From positions 214,492 through 278,491 of the forward strand of contig JAQGDQ010000314.1 in the NCBI GenBank assembly GCA_030141605.1: 64,000 bases of DNA, in the 5' to 3' direction. Below, one piece after another: positions 25,175-38,229 of this stretch (positions are counted from its first letter, which is position 1; every line of letters begins with the position of its first letter). The notes under the pieces were generated by a model. It saw only the letters and a list, made by a program, of their open reading frames with translations, was not told the DNA's origin and searched no databases. This DNA comes from Tubiluchus corallicola. Lineage: Eukaryota > Animalia > Priapulida. The position numbers and the translations under genes were made by a program.

Positions 25175-27987
25175 CTTTATTCACATATTGGCACATATAT
25201 GCATTCACAAAAAATATTTATTTTTATTTCCATTCAGAGTGATTTAAGCCGGGAATTTCTATTTCGTGTAATATTGACCAACATAGATCACATAATATAG
25301 AGCAACATAATCATGGGGAAAGAATCGATATATTATATAACATGCTTTACTATACAATTGTATATAGTCATACACCTATACAAACGTACATACGCAATAC
25401 GAAACAATACGTGCATATAACTTATACATACATTAAGTATATAGAAAGCATTAATAAAACGTTAATAACAAGGTAAAAATGAAAGCATTAAGTTGAACAA
25501 AATTTCACATAAAAAGTAGCGAACATGCGTGCAATATTTAAAATGGAAAACAACTATTCACTATACAGTATCACCCGTATTTATTTCCCAGGTGATCTTA
25601 TTGTGCCAGGTGTGTACGTACGTGCACCATAAAAAACAAGCCGACTACTAATGACAGGAGCATCTGATGAATAAAAAAGTTTCAACAGCTAGACAACAGG
25701 CAAACAAGGTCCACGTATTAATGTTGACCTAACTAATGTCCTGCCCGTGTTAATACATGTATATATATAATTATTTATATGTATAGTGTTCTGTCCACTC
25801 AGGTGGTCAACTGGCCGCACAATGGACAGCTAGCGGTAGCATTGCTCTCTGCCACGTGCCCAAGTTTATTGTCAAACCCACAGCACCTTGACCTTTGCAT
25901 AAGCAGAATACATAGAATAACTCAACAATGTTAATACCGCATGCAGCTGCTGAATTGTGGTCTCTGCCTGTGTTGGTCTTACATTAAACATAGAAAATGG
26001 GATAGAAAATTTATTTAACTAGGTATTTGTCTAAGTATCACGGAGTCAGTTGAGTGATGCCATCACTGTAAGCCTGCATATGCTGTGATGTCTTGAGCAA
26101 TGTTGTTGTAGTTTCACATTGCAAACGTGCTATACTAATGAATGGTATTATAAAAAAGTATTCTGTATAATCTGTATAACATTCTAAGTTTTTTAGCGAA
26201 TATGGTTGCGTATTTTTCGACGTCCACCTGTCCCATAAACCAGAAAAAAATCAGAACCTTGAAAAGCTTGCAGTTTTAAATTATTGAAATATCATTTATT
26301 CTGACACAGCAGGGCTAATTGAGTGTCCTGTAGACCTGATTGTATGCAGAGATGGTAAGCTCAACAGGTTGGCTCACAGGTGAACTGTTTACCTGAGGAA
26401 TCACGTCCAATTAAGCTCAAGCACTTTTCATTTGCTTGAGCGTGTAGACACTGAAATTACAGGTATTTTTGTAACAAATATACATAATTGAGACTGCGAT
26501 AAGCCAGGTATATATGCTTAACACCAGGCGATGTGGCTCACAAGGCAAAAGTTAAGCTTTGAGCTTAGCCTGCCGACAGAAAGGCCGCTAGATAAATTGT
26601 TACATTTAGGCAAACATTGACGTGATAACCCGCATATTAGCGAGTACAGCTTTGAAAATATGTGCAAACCAGACTTGTGCAAACAGAAAACCATGGGAGA
26701 GGCATTAAAGAGCACGCATTAGCTTTACGTCAAAATGGATTAGGATAAATTAGTATTCAACTCAATAACGGAAATCATTTGCTCGAATTCGAAATTAAGT
26801 TAACATGTCTGTCAAAGAATACTGTTGCTACTTTTTGTTTAATGATATTTTATTCTACAGTACCATCAAAAGTGATCAAGATAAATATATCTTAAATGTG
26901 ACAATTTTTTAATTGTATTTTTTATATTTAAATTAAGGTTCAAAGTGTAGTTACTACAATTGGTTATAATTTTCGAAGCGCCATGCTTAACATTAGGAAA
27001 AAAAGTTGCAATGACTTTAGCAGCAAACTGTTTTAATTGTGTTTGAACAAAGATTATCTCTTGTCTATGTTGTACATGTAATCTAATCTAATCTAATCTA
27101 ATCTAACGTAACGTAATATAAGCCTATACCTTGCCAGCTCTATCTGACCTTAAATGAGTGGTTCAAGGTCAAAAGTCACAATAGCTGACAAACGACAAGG
27201 CTGGCCATAGTCCATAGCCCAGAGCTTGTTGTAACAAGGGAAACCTTAGTTTACCTTATCTGGAGCTTCAATCCCAAGAAGATATCACAAGCTAAAAAAC
27301 TGAATTGAATTTACTGTATTTACTGTAGGAACACAACTTACAAGAATTCAATTGCAATTAAACAGTTTGCGATCAACTAATTTAAAAGCATTATTACTAA
27401 AGCGAGTGGCATGCCTGAGGACAGCACTGAGAAGAAAATCTTTTCTTGGTACAGCATAGATTAGTGGCAAATTGAAAAAAATATGAAACAAAAATGCAGA
27501 TACAATACATAATATACTATAAAAAGAATATACAGCTGAAAGGAATTTCTAAAATCTCTTGTGTTTTAAACTTCTTTACTGTAAATTTTTGTTAATTGTT
27601 CCATTTCTGGCAATTAAAAATTATTTCCGTGTTTTTGAATAATGGGCATTATACATATACCCGGTCTCTTCGTCTATGGCAAAACAATTATGGCCGCTGC
27701 TCAAATTTATGTTTCTGTTTTAGAAAATATTTTTGCAGCATAAATCGTGCAAATCTTATTTAATATGTACAAAGGATTTGATCTGGCGGATTATTATACG
27801 TGACAGGTATGCTTGACCCGCGGGTGTCTACGCTCAAAAGGGGCGCCTTCGAGCTTGTATTCGTAAATGTAGTGCATTAATTCATGACAACCATAACGGC
27901 ATGCAAAATTCTCAATATCTGTAGAATGAGTGGAAAAAGGCTCGTAAGTTTGGGTTAACGCTGTTTGCGTATATATATATATATTAT

Positions 27988-28317
27988 AAATTATACAGCC
28001 ATGATCAATACGAAGATTGTGTCTACCAATGTATGACAGCAAGGAATAAAATCCCCAAACAGATCACTGCCTGTCATCCATCCAGTAGTAGGCACATAGA
28101 ACTAAAATAAAAATTACATGGTAAAAAAAAATAAAATACATACATATGTATATGCATATGTATGTATGTATTTTATTTTTTTATCATGTAATTTTTATTT
28201 TAGTTCTATGTGCCTACTACTGGATGGATGACAGGCAGTGATCTGTTTGGGGATTTTATTCCTTGCTGTCATACATTGGTAGACACAATCTTCGTATTGA
28301 TCATGGCTGTATAATTT
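27988..28317. repeat. 330-bp near-perfect palindrome (foldback)
   Basis: AAATTATACAGCCATGATCAATACG...ATTACATG is followed by its reverse complement CATGTAAT...CGTATTGATCATGGCTGTATAATTT. Centre is ~28153. Confidence 0.97.
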
Positions 28318-28368
28318 TACTGTTTACATTTACTCATAAAATGTACATATTTATTTTTGTGCCTAATT

Positions 28369-28377
28369 AATAATAAC

Positions 28378-28427
<50 letters not shown>

Positions 28428-28437
28428 TAATAATAGC

Positions 28438-28478
<41 letters not shown>

Positions 28479-28480
28479 TA
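28369..28480 (+). repeat. (AAT)n microsatellite
   Basis: Directly visible. Confidence 0.96.
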
Positions 28481-28803
28481 AAGTAATAATGGTCTATTAT
28501 GGTTTCTATTGTAAAACATGTTCACTCAGAGGGACACGCTTTTCGTAACCATTAGGAGTACTACTCAGTTGCAGTATTTTAGTTCAGATTTGGTTTGCAT
28601 AACTCTGCTTTAAAACCGCTTGAGCGTTCGCATTATAGCGCTTTATCTTGTACATTAGCCTAAATATTTTAGCAAAAATTAAACGATAGCAGTCTTATAT
28701 TTCGGTTACTTTAGAACAAGTTCGTATTGTACTTACTGTTTTAGAAAGAAACAACTGTCTTGTATCACTTAACTAATACCTGGTCGCCATTTTGATGTTT
28801 CAG

Positions 28804-29072
28804 GTAGTAAAGAAGCAGCATACACATATGCCATCAGCTCAGCGGGGGTAACCTACTCCGTGACCCAGGCCTGCAGTCAGGGTAACTTGACTAACTGCGG
28901 ATGTGATAAGACTAAGGAGGGCGCCTACGCCATTGAGGGCTGGAAATGGGGCGGGTGCAGCGCCGACATTCGGCAAGGTGTCAAACTATCACGGAAGTTT
29001 CTTGACGCACGGGAAATTCAGAAAGATGCCCGGTCATTAATGAATCTTCACAACAATCGAGCTGGTAGAAAG
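28804..29072 (+). CDS. WNT7: Wnt7 coding exon 3
   Basis: TTTCAG|[91 protein letters not shown]|GTAAGC; phases 1 and 0 are consistent with the neighbouring exons. Confidence 0.98.
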
Positions 29073-31213
29073 GTAAGCTTATTAAGTTCATCTTGTCTTC
29101 AGACAAGGGAGCTTTTGACCTGACGTGACCTTCTAATGATGTCTTGCCTTTAAATGTACATAATTTATTAACCATCTTTTATTATGATTTGATTAGGTCC
29201 TGCATTTTGGATGTTGCTAGTAGGCCTATTTTGTATGTTGACAGGCCTATGACGTAATGCTAAAATAAACAAATTTATTACTGTTGTTATAACACCTGTA
29301 ATCCCTCTCGCCCAGAGTTTCATCCACTGTCAATAACACTTTAGTTTTTAAGTGCTTTCTCTTTTAACGTGTAAAACAATAAAGCGGGCCTTTAATTAGT
29401 CGATGTTGCGAACATTTTGAAAAGATTAGACAGCTGTTAACTAGATTAATAATTAACAATGTAGGGCCAAATTTCTCTCACGTATATCAGAAACACTTTT
29501 CTTGGCCTTTCGTTATGCAAAACTTTCGAGAAATACTTCCAAATTTACTTGTAGTGGTTTACCTGTAATCACGCAAGAGCAATAAACAGTAGCTGGTGCG
29601 GAATTCAACCAGAACAGCTAGAAGGCGTTACCCGTCTTAGCAATGTATTATAATTTAGGCTGTTTGGATAAAAAACATTCATGTATTTTTAATGAAATGA
29701 AATGATTAAAGGGCGGTGTGTTTAATGTTAAGAACGAAGATAAAGGACAAGTAGGAAGTCTTGGACACAAACATGAAATGAAAATGATTTATCATTCAGT
29801 CGACTAAAAACGCGAAGCAGAAATAAAGGGCGGTGCTTTTTAACTTTTTTCTTTTTTAATTAGTCCGGCTTACACGCAGTAATAATGAAACTTTACGTAA
29901 TTTTTATTGATAACTCTGTCTGCATACGAATCAATAAGAAGGTAATGAATCATTTTTGTTAGGGAAGCAATAAAATCAGATGACACTGGGGCTCAGTACA
30001 ACGCATGGCGCCTTTAATCCTGGTAAATTTCGTCTGCAAAGTAGCTATTGCTCTCGTTATTAGACATAAATAGAATCAGCAAATGTCTTACGAGAATAAA
30101 TTAGTAAGGAAGGCCCTGGAAGGTAACCAAGTTGAACCGGAAATGAATTTCACTTAACCCGTGTGATTCGGCTTAGCTTAGGATGTAGGCCCATATTATT
30201 TGAATAATGGGCATAAATCTTACTTGCTTTAAGCTAGGTGCATGTAAGGTTTGAAGTCATTCAAATAAAGGTTATCAGTATCAAAGTACGAGTTGAACTC
30301 TAAGTTTCGAGTTAGATCGCTACAGCAAATGTTAGGTCTGCCCGCCAAAGAAATAGGCTTTCCAGAGGCTTCTTAAAAATAAGTTATCACAATAATCACC
30401 ATCGCTTTTAGAAGACATTCAAGAGAGAATATGAGATTTGAGAATTTTTATAAAACTGCGGCCCGAGAAGACAGACAAATGGCAGACTGCTACACTATAA
30501 TAAAATCTCAACTTTATTAGTACGGGTATGCAAATTCGTTGGACTCTAATAACTAAAGTGGCTATTCTGGAAGAAGCAAGTTTCGTTTAGTTCATAAAAC
30601 CTACGCTTTGTTACCATTTCGTATAGTTGAATCGGAGCTTACGAAAAAAAGTTGCGGAACTGTTGCCCCCGAGAAGGACAGTTTCAAAGAAGCGGCGCAC
30701 CGCCTAGAGCTTGATCTACCACAAACGGCCGCGAGCACTGTGCCGACATCCACTTCAAAAATACTTGAGCAACATTCCTTCTTTGAGCTTTGGCGAATAA
30801 TCCATTTAAAATTCAGTGAGTTTAATTAAATTTTCTTTGAAAAGAAGCGATGGGCTGTTAACAGTCGGCCGCATCATTGAGACTACATTATTATGGGCAT
30901 TTTGTTCGCATTAGCAGACAAACGGCAAAGCGCGTGACGTCTGATCCAGACTGGTGTTGCTATTTAAGTGAGAAAATTAAGAAGTAAAGTCAGATATAGT
31001 AGTTGCAGATGGTCCTGAAGTGTGGGAGAGTTAAATGCACCGCTGATATTGAAGTAGACCTCTTAAAGCCCTTTTGACAATGAATATGAATTTTTTTAGC
31101 TTTTTTCACCTTTTTAGTTCTATTTGGCTGTAACAGAGCTGAAGCAAACATTGAGACTGTGCAAAAACTAATAAAACTTAATATAGACTTAATATGACAG
31201 TTAGAAACGACGC

Positions 31214-31995
31214 CATCATCATCATCATCTCTGAAGTTACACGTCATCGGACATGACCTTTGTAATCACTTTAGACCATGATGCTCTGTCATTCGCAGTT
31301 TCCCATGTCTTTGTATTTTTGATATCTAATGGCGCGTTGACAGGATCTTTCTGTATCAAATTAACGTAAGTCAGCAGTTGTCCTCTTTGTGGTTTCTTTT
31401 CTTTCTGCAGTGCTTCTTTGAAAGCTAATTTTAATGGACTCTCTTTTTGTAGTCGTATAACATGTTCTATCCGTCTTAGTGTTCCCCTTTTTATTTTAAC
31501 TGACCTTCCCCCTGTCTTGACTTTATTATACAAATCCTGGTTCGATATTTTCTTTGGTCATTTTATTCCTCTTTATTCCTTATTCATCTTTGAAATGCAC
31601 CGATTTCTGGTTTGTCATGTGGTTTGATTGTCCACAATTCTGAATTGCTGAGAAACACAGTTTCCACAAGTGCAGCAAAGATTCTTAATTTTGTTTCTAG
31701 ACTGAGGCTTTTACTTTCAAATTTTTTTGCTAATTTTGAATATGCTGTGATGCTAAGATATTTCTTCCTGATATATCTTCATCTGTTGCTAGAAGACTGC
31801 CTAAGTATTTGCCTTTTCCCTACGCATCATCACCATTCCTTTTTATGTGGTACTCTTCTGTTTTATCTTTATTTAATATGAGGTCAATTTCTTTTAATTT
31901 TGTTTCTATTTTGATTTTCATATCATCTATTTCATCTTTGGTTCTTGCTGTCCATGCAATATCATTAGTATATTGCAGGTCTAAAGTGGTCTAAA
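31214..31995 (-). mobile_element. 5'-truncated degenerate non-LTR retrotransposon (RTE-like RT C-terminal half) with (GAT)n tail
   Basis: The minus strand gives LDLQYTNDIAW (decayed YADD), LETKLRIFAALVETVFLSNSELWT and HVIRL..SPLKLA..KKPQRGQ..TY. The 3' tail reads CATCATCATCATC on the + strand at ~31214-31229. Confidence 0.75.
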
Positions 31996-32185
31996 GTTGT
32001 GTGATATTTCGTTTTATTGCAGAACTGCGTAGAAATGACTACGTGACCTTCCTACGTCACCCTGATACAAGTAAACCTTCTGTACGACCCTTCGGGTATT
32101 TTGAGGAAATATAATTTAAAATTACTATTTCCAGCGTAAAGGGACAAGAAAGCTCATTACTTACATAAAGTTAAAAATAATTTTA

Positions 32186-32368
32186 GGTCATTCGAACAGT
32201 GAATATTTGGGTTTTGAACACTTGGTCAGCGGCACTTGGACATTGGGTACTTGGCTACTGCTCATAATGTCCACTGCCAAAATATCCTACTACCCAAATG
32301 TTCACTGTCCCCAGGTACTACCACTGCCGAAATGTCTGCTGCCCAAGTGTCGACTGCCCAAGTGACCG
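32186..32368. mobile_element. Foldback-type MITE built of ~15-bp tandem units
   Basis: Right-arm units ACTGCCCAARTGTC end in GACCGG. The left arm has degenerate inverted units GGTCA..CAGTGAATATTTGGG / CACTTGG. Confidence 0.5.
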
Positions 32369-34049
32369 GTAATGAAAAAAATTCGGCTTGAAATTTCGTA
32401 ACATACGTATTGTCTTACTGTGCACAGACCTTGTATTAAACTTGTAAATTTAAACACAGTGATGACCGTTAGACGCGGCCATCTTTGTCGTTTGGAACAT
32501 GTTTGGATAACTTTGTGTAAAGTTCTCAAAACAATCAGATCATTGGTAACGCACACATCGCTAACATTATCCTATCAGCAAGATTAATAATTTATTCTTG
32601 GTGAGCCTGCGACACTTTTGTGCAAACTGGGATAGTGAAACAGTGACGTTTGACCTACGGGCGCAGATACTTTGACTTATTAAGAATTTTATTATTCGAT
32701 AACATATCTTTTTCAAACCGGTAAGCGTAATGCCAAGTAACACAACTTTGTATGGAAATTTTTTAGACATACTTTAAAATTCCCTTTCCCACTAAAGTAA
32801 CAAAAATACAGTGTGTGTAATGATATTTATACAAGGAAATTTAGCTGAACGATGGCATTGATAAAAATCTTTAAGAATTATCAGCATCATGAACTTAAAT
32901 GTTGTAATCGCATTTATGAAGAAAGCTGACTCGGTGGAATAGCACAGGTGTTAACACTTTCTTTAAAGACACCTTCTTGTGAGACTAATTCTTTGTAAAT
33001 ACATCAAAATCGTATTAGCGTGCACGCAAACCTTCCCGCGCGTGCGCGTTTGAATAGGACGTCGTTATGTCAGCTAAAACTTTAAAAAGCTCAGATAAGA
33101 TGGATTTACCAGAAAAACAGCATTTAAAGTGTCACAGAAGAGATAAAAGAGATGCTTTTTTTCGCTGCTTTGAAGCCTGTGTGGCCTTCTATGAGCGGAA
33201 GTTGCTTAGACTTTGTTGCTAAGCAAACTAAGTGGTAAGATAGGCACCTGCGGCAACTGTAGCCGTATTGAAAATATGTGTAGTAACTGTGTGTCTGTTT
33301 GACCCAAAATACAAAAATTACGACTTCAAAAACCACAACTTGAGCTAAGTACCAATACTTATTGTTTTTCATACAAAACTAGTTTCTTTTTGAAGCAAAA
33401 ACGTTGTCAGTGGACTTCATACATGTCCTGGCCAATTTCTGTGTGCTTAGACATGCTCTCTGCAGAAAAAGTCAAAACAAACATTAAATTATAAAAAAAT
33501 AATTACTAATAATTGTCTTTTTAATCTAGTCATCATCTTTGGACGAATCAGAGCAGTGGCAGTGGCAGTGGCAGTGGCAGTGATTATTGTCATCACTATT
33601 ATTACTGTAGCCTATACGCATAACTATCTTCTTCAGCATCATCTTCATCATTGTTATACCGTCATCATCAACTTCTTCGTTGTCGTCTTATTTTTTATCT
33701 ACTTCCTACTGTTGATATTGTTGTTTTAAACCAATAACATTAAAGTTAGATCTATAGCTTTTTGTTGATAACAAACAAGCGTATAATTATGCTACATTGC
33801 GTAAACAAAAATTTTTAGTAACTCCTTTAAATTTTGTTATTCGCCGCATTCATTGTCTGCGGGAAAATGATTTCAACTTTTACTTTTGTATGATTTTAGC
33901 AATAAATGGTTATATATTAAAGTCTTCTAATACATTGCCTATAATAAATTATTGTAAGGTTACCCATGTAAGCTTTTGACAGCAGCTGTCTATTATAGTG
34001 AAATTTTGAATGGAAAGAGTCAAAAGTAAGTATACAGTCTACACTACTG

Positions 34050-34410
34050 TAACTGTAGGTGAATTCTTCATATTCGCTTGAACTTAGCTAAACTCTAATT
34101 GGGTGTTCTTGGTCTATTCACGGTCCATCTTGCACTGGCAGTAATTATAAGGTTGCTCTGCTAAATGCCTGCAAGACATTCAAGTACGCTCAAGTCAAGT
34201 AGAAAACACAATGCCGCCACAACAACGGCGAAAACTCAAATGCGAATTAAATAAACACGGCAACAAGAGCGAGCCTTGCGGAACGCCGACGACTCTATAT
34301 TATTTCCATTTATAAACTTACGACCAGTTTGAGCCATTTTTGAACTTGGATTAATACGCATCGAGAGTGGGCACATCGCTAAAGCTTATAGTAAATACAA
34401 CAGCGAAATT
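34050..34410 (-). mobile_element. Highly decayed CR1/L2-type LINE RT fragment
   Basis: The minus strand encodes GVPQGSLLLP (GAGCCTTGCGGAACGCC on +, ~34272-34288), with an upstream IY..KAF.DVP-like remnant. Confidence 0.5.
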
Positions 34411-34659
34411 AATAGTAACTAATAAGAGTCTACAACAGGTCAGTTTTGCCACTTAAAGAATATTTTCATTTGAAGTATTTTATCACCTTGCTTTCTTTAT
34501 TATTCTTATTATTTTCCCCCCGATACAATGCAAAACTACTTAAAATTGGCGCTTCTTGCGCTGGAAAAAACACTTAGATCAGGGAAACACGAAATTTGCT
34601 ACAATTTTCACAGTTGCTGTAGGAATAACTAATTAAGTAGTAATAACAGTATACTTTAA

Positions 34660-35184
34660 AAGGTAACCTGACCCAATCTTAAACTATAGGTCATACAATC
34701 CATATCCTGTAAAATATTGAAATGAGGCATACCATTCTTTCAAGAATGACTTACGTGAAAGAATTATTACCACAGAAACGTAATGTGTATCGCGTTGCGG
34801 CTAGTTCTTCATTTTTATATGTATTTCGCCATTTCATAGTTAAATAAGCACTCGCGCCTGCATCTAGAAAATGCGTTGCACAAAAACAAGAGGTGTGCCT
34901 TTCAGTTCAGAGGTGACGTAGTGCACACGTTCGTGAGCTCATACGTAAGCACAGCGGCAAATTTAAAGTCTGTATTTCGAACTTAAAATGTGCCGAGTTT
35001 TTGTATAAGACAATACTGAATGTTGTAAAGTAGCATCGTACTTTAATTTTCGCTTTCATGAACACGTGCCACACACTCTTGGAATGTTTGCGCTGTTAAA
35101 AATTTTGTTCAGTTGTGATGTCATCACTAGTCATCACTGTTAATGAAGTTTTTGACCTATTATTTAGTTATCAGAACCGCTTTG

Positions 35185-35238
<54 letters not shown>

Positions 35239-35309
35239 GAAGTGTTCAAATATACACTTTTCATCGTACTCCCAAATGGGAAAGAGACGAAAAATCATCC
35301 TGTTTTCCT
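34660..35309 (+). mobile_element. Kolobok-like non-autonomous DNA transposon, copy 2 (with internal (TTA)n)
   Basis: TTAA|AAGGTAACCTGAC...ATCCTGTTTTCCT|TTAA. RR..YY termini with a TTAA target fit Kolobok; colinear with copies 1 and 3. Confidence 0.7.
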
Positions 35310-37743
35310 TTAATAAAAGATTAAAATGATTTAAATAAAAATTCATTGATTCGGGAGTGAAGAACTTCGCAGACCAATGCATTCACTGACAAATATATTG
35401 GTGAACAAGCTTGCTGCTTTAAAGTATGAATTATTACTGTTTGCTGGTTTGCAATTAACTGGTATTAGTAAATTAAGCTAATAAAAATTAATAGTTATTA
35501 ATTGGCCCATATCAAGTTACAGGCCTTTTTCAAACCAATATTACATTCAATATGGAGTTCCCTAGTATCACATGACTTTTTGTAACAGCGGTACCTCTAA
35601 ATCGATTAGTATTCATGCCGATATTCGTGTTCATCTAATCACCGAAGCAAAATATTTCTCCTTCAAATTCATTCTACCGGTGGTCTCACCTTGACCACTT
35701 TTTATCAATCGATAATTGCCGTGATCGGACGACAACGTAACATCGGCTTGCCGCCCTGACAAGGAGCAGCATTCAAACGATTGATGGACAAAGTGAAATC
35801 TTTATTTTCGTCTTTTGGGTGGGTTTATTGATTTTCGATTTAGGGCAGGTGGGAAGAGGATTTTTTGTGAGAATCGCGTGAGTAGCCGGGATTAGAGCAG
35901 GTTGTTTTAACAGATTGGTTTAAAAAAGTTTTAGTTCTGCATGATTCATTTTTATCTGTAGTTGTGCCGGCAATGAAGCTGTGTCCGCTGAGGAGAAATA
36001 TTGGTGAAAAGTAGAGAACGCTATTGTCTTTAAGATTTCCGTTTTTTTAGATTCACGAAGAGCTTTCTAATTTTTTAAAGCCGTTAAATGTTTAATAATA
36101 AAGCTACGAAAAATGAAAATTAGCTGCCGGTAAACAATTGAAATGAATATAGAAATAACGGGAAGAGAACGTAAACGTACGCATGCTATAAAGTGTTACA
36201 GTCACAGTACTTTACTGATGTGTACTAATTTAAAGCAAAAGCGTTGGTGAATTGACAACAATGTTTACGTACTTAATTAATTACAAATAAACAAAACAAT
36301 AACATGCGTCGCTATTAAGAGAGAAGTACATGTCGCGTCTTAGTTTCTGTTTTGAAGTCTAACCGCTAGACTAATTATTACTTCTTTGTTGAATAATTTG
36401 CGCCAGCCAGACTTAGAACTTTGTTTGTTTCTGCTTTAAAAGTGTTTTAAACCGACATACGTCGTTTGAAAATATTGAAATATTAGACCTATAGCAAAAC
36501 TTCCTGGAATGAAGCAATGTTATGCTTGTAGCTTAAGACAAGCCAGGTTCCTCCCGTAAGATATCATTATTCATTTATTCATTGCTGCTTTGTTGTTTGT
36601 AATCTAAGGAATTCAGCAGCTTTAAATGGGCGAAGGCTTCCAAACCATTACACAATTACCTCAAATTAACTTTTCCGTAGGTGTGAACAGACGGTGGATA
36701 CAAAGAACATTTGTGCACACCCAAGAGTTCTAGCCACCCAGCAGAATTAAACGAAAAAAATGCATTTACTTCTATCTTTAATAAACAAATGCGGTGCTAA
36801 TATGGCGCCCTGGGGAAGACCAGATTACAGTTGTTGTGTGTGCAGTGTTTGTGTCAAGATTAGATGCGCCCCTTATAGGTTATTATAAAGGCGTTTGGTC
36901 GTGTTTATCCTACTAGAATAACCATTTTGGTAATCTTTCGTGCGGATCTAACTCCCTATGATCAGCGCGGCACAGGTGAAAGAACACTGCATTGTCCTCC
37001 TGGGGGGATTTGTTATGTTAACTTCGCTAAACCTATTAAAACCTGGCGAGATTTTACATCGAGGTTTTGAAAATGGTGGCCGTGAGCAGATAGCCGGCGA
37101 GATAAGCCATGTTGACGTAAACATTGAAAAGTACTCAAAAAGAGTTGGCCAGCTGTGCCCGGGATGCTGGTATGATAGTAAGAAAGGAAAATTAAAAGAA
37201 ACTAACAGAATAAAGGATCCAAAAAAGCGAGAAGATGGGCTGAAAAGCAAACGAAAACGATCTTCGGAAAGTGCTGCGTAATGCAAACAATAAAAAAGAA
37301 AAACGTATCGTAACTGTATGTGTATCAAGAAATATCAACACAGCTTATTAATTACTACGACGTATAAAGAGTTTTTTAATGACAACATCAATCTCAAAAT
37401 ACACTAATAACTGGTCGGATCCTAAAGCTTCGTCAAGCAGAGCAAAAATGCTTAAGGCCGGGTTTTACGAGTATTTCAACTTTTTATATTGATAATGAAT
37501 AAAAACTGTATACACCTTTTATTCACCTATCACAAAACTAGACGTGACGAGACTGGAAGTATAGTAATAAAGTTTACACAAAAACACTATAAATATTATA
37601 CAATCATTCATGATTATTGTGTTTTAGATAGCATAAAGGATATAAATCGAATGGAGTGCAAACGCTATTTTTATTGTAACGATATGTAAATACTCTTTGT
37701 AGATGCTACAATTAAACAACTATTCATGTTTAATGTATTTCAG

Positions 37744-38229
37744 ATGGTAAAAGATACAATGGGGACAGAGTGCAAATGCCATGGCGTGTCTGGTTCTTGC
37801 ACAATGAAAACATGCTGGACAACTCTTGCTCCTTTCCGTCGAATAGGGGCCATCCTCAAAGATAAATACAACAAGGGCCGCCGGGTCGTGGTCCACACGG
37901 AGCGACGGACCCGGTACGCCGGGCTTACCCTGAAGCTCCGCCGGTCGCGAAGACCCAACAAGAAGCCGCGGCGGAGGGATCTCGTCTACATTGACAAGAG
38001 TCCTAATTACTGCGAAGGGGACTTAGAAAAAGGCTCGTTGGGCACGACTGGCAGGGTGTGTAACAGGACATCTAAGGGTCCTGACGGGTGTGACTTATTG
38101 TGCTGCGGGAGAGGTTATAATACCCACCAATACACAAAAATTTGGCAATGTAACTGTAAATTTATTTGGTGTTGTTACGTGAATTGTAACGAATGTAGTC
38201 AGCGGACTGAGGAGTATACGTGTAAATAG
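37744..38229 (+). CDS. WNT7: Wnt7 coding exon 4
   Basis: TTTCAG|[25 protein letters not shown]...SPNYCE...[56 protein letters not shown]. The four exons total 1062 nt (353 aa). Confidence 0.99.
   Translation: MVKDTMGTECKCHGVSGSCTMKTCWTTLAPFRRIGAILKDKYNKGRRVVVHTERRTRYAGLTLKLRRSRRPNKKPRRRDLVYIDKSPNYCEGDLEKGSLGTTGRVCNRTSKGPDGCDLLCCGRGYNTHQYTKIWQCNCKFIWCCYVNCNECSQRTEEYTCK

Noticed and set aside
29690-29845. Twice-repeated TAAAGGGCGGTG and ATGAAATGAAA motifs in Wnt7 intron 3
   Set aside because: Too short to distinguish a regulatory module from a decayed local duplication.
36948-37328. Overlapping 107-aa and 126-aa ORFs in Wnt7 intron 3
   Set aside because: No recognisable motif or splice support; compatible with chance.
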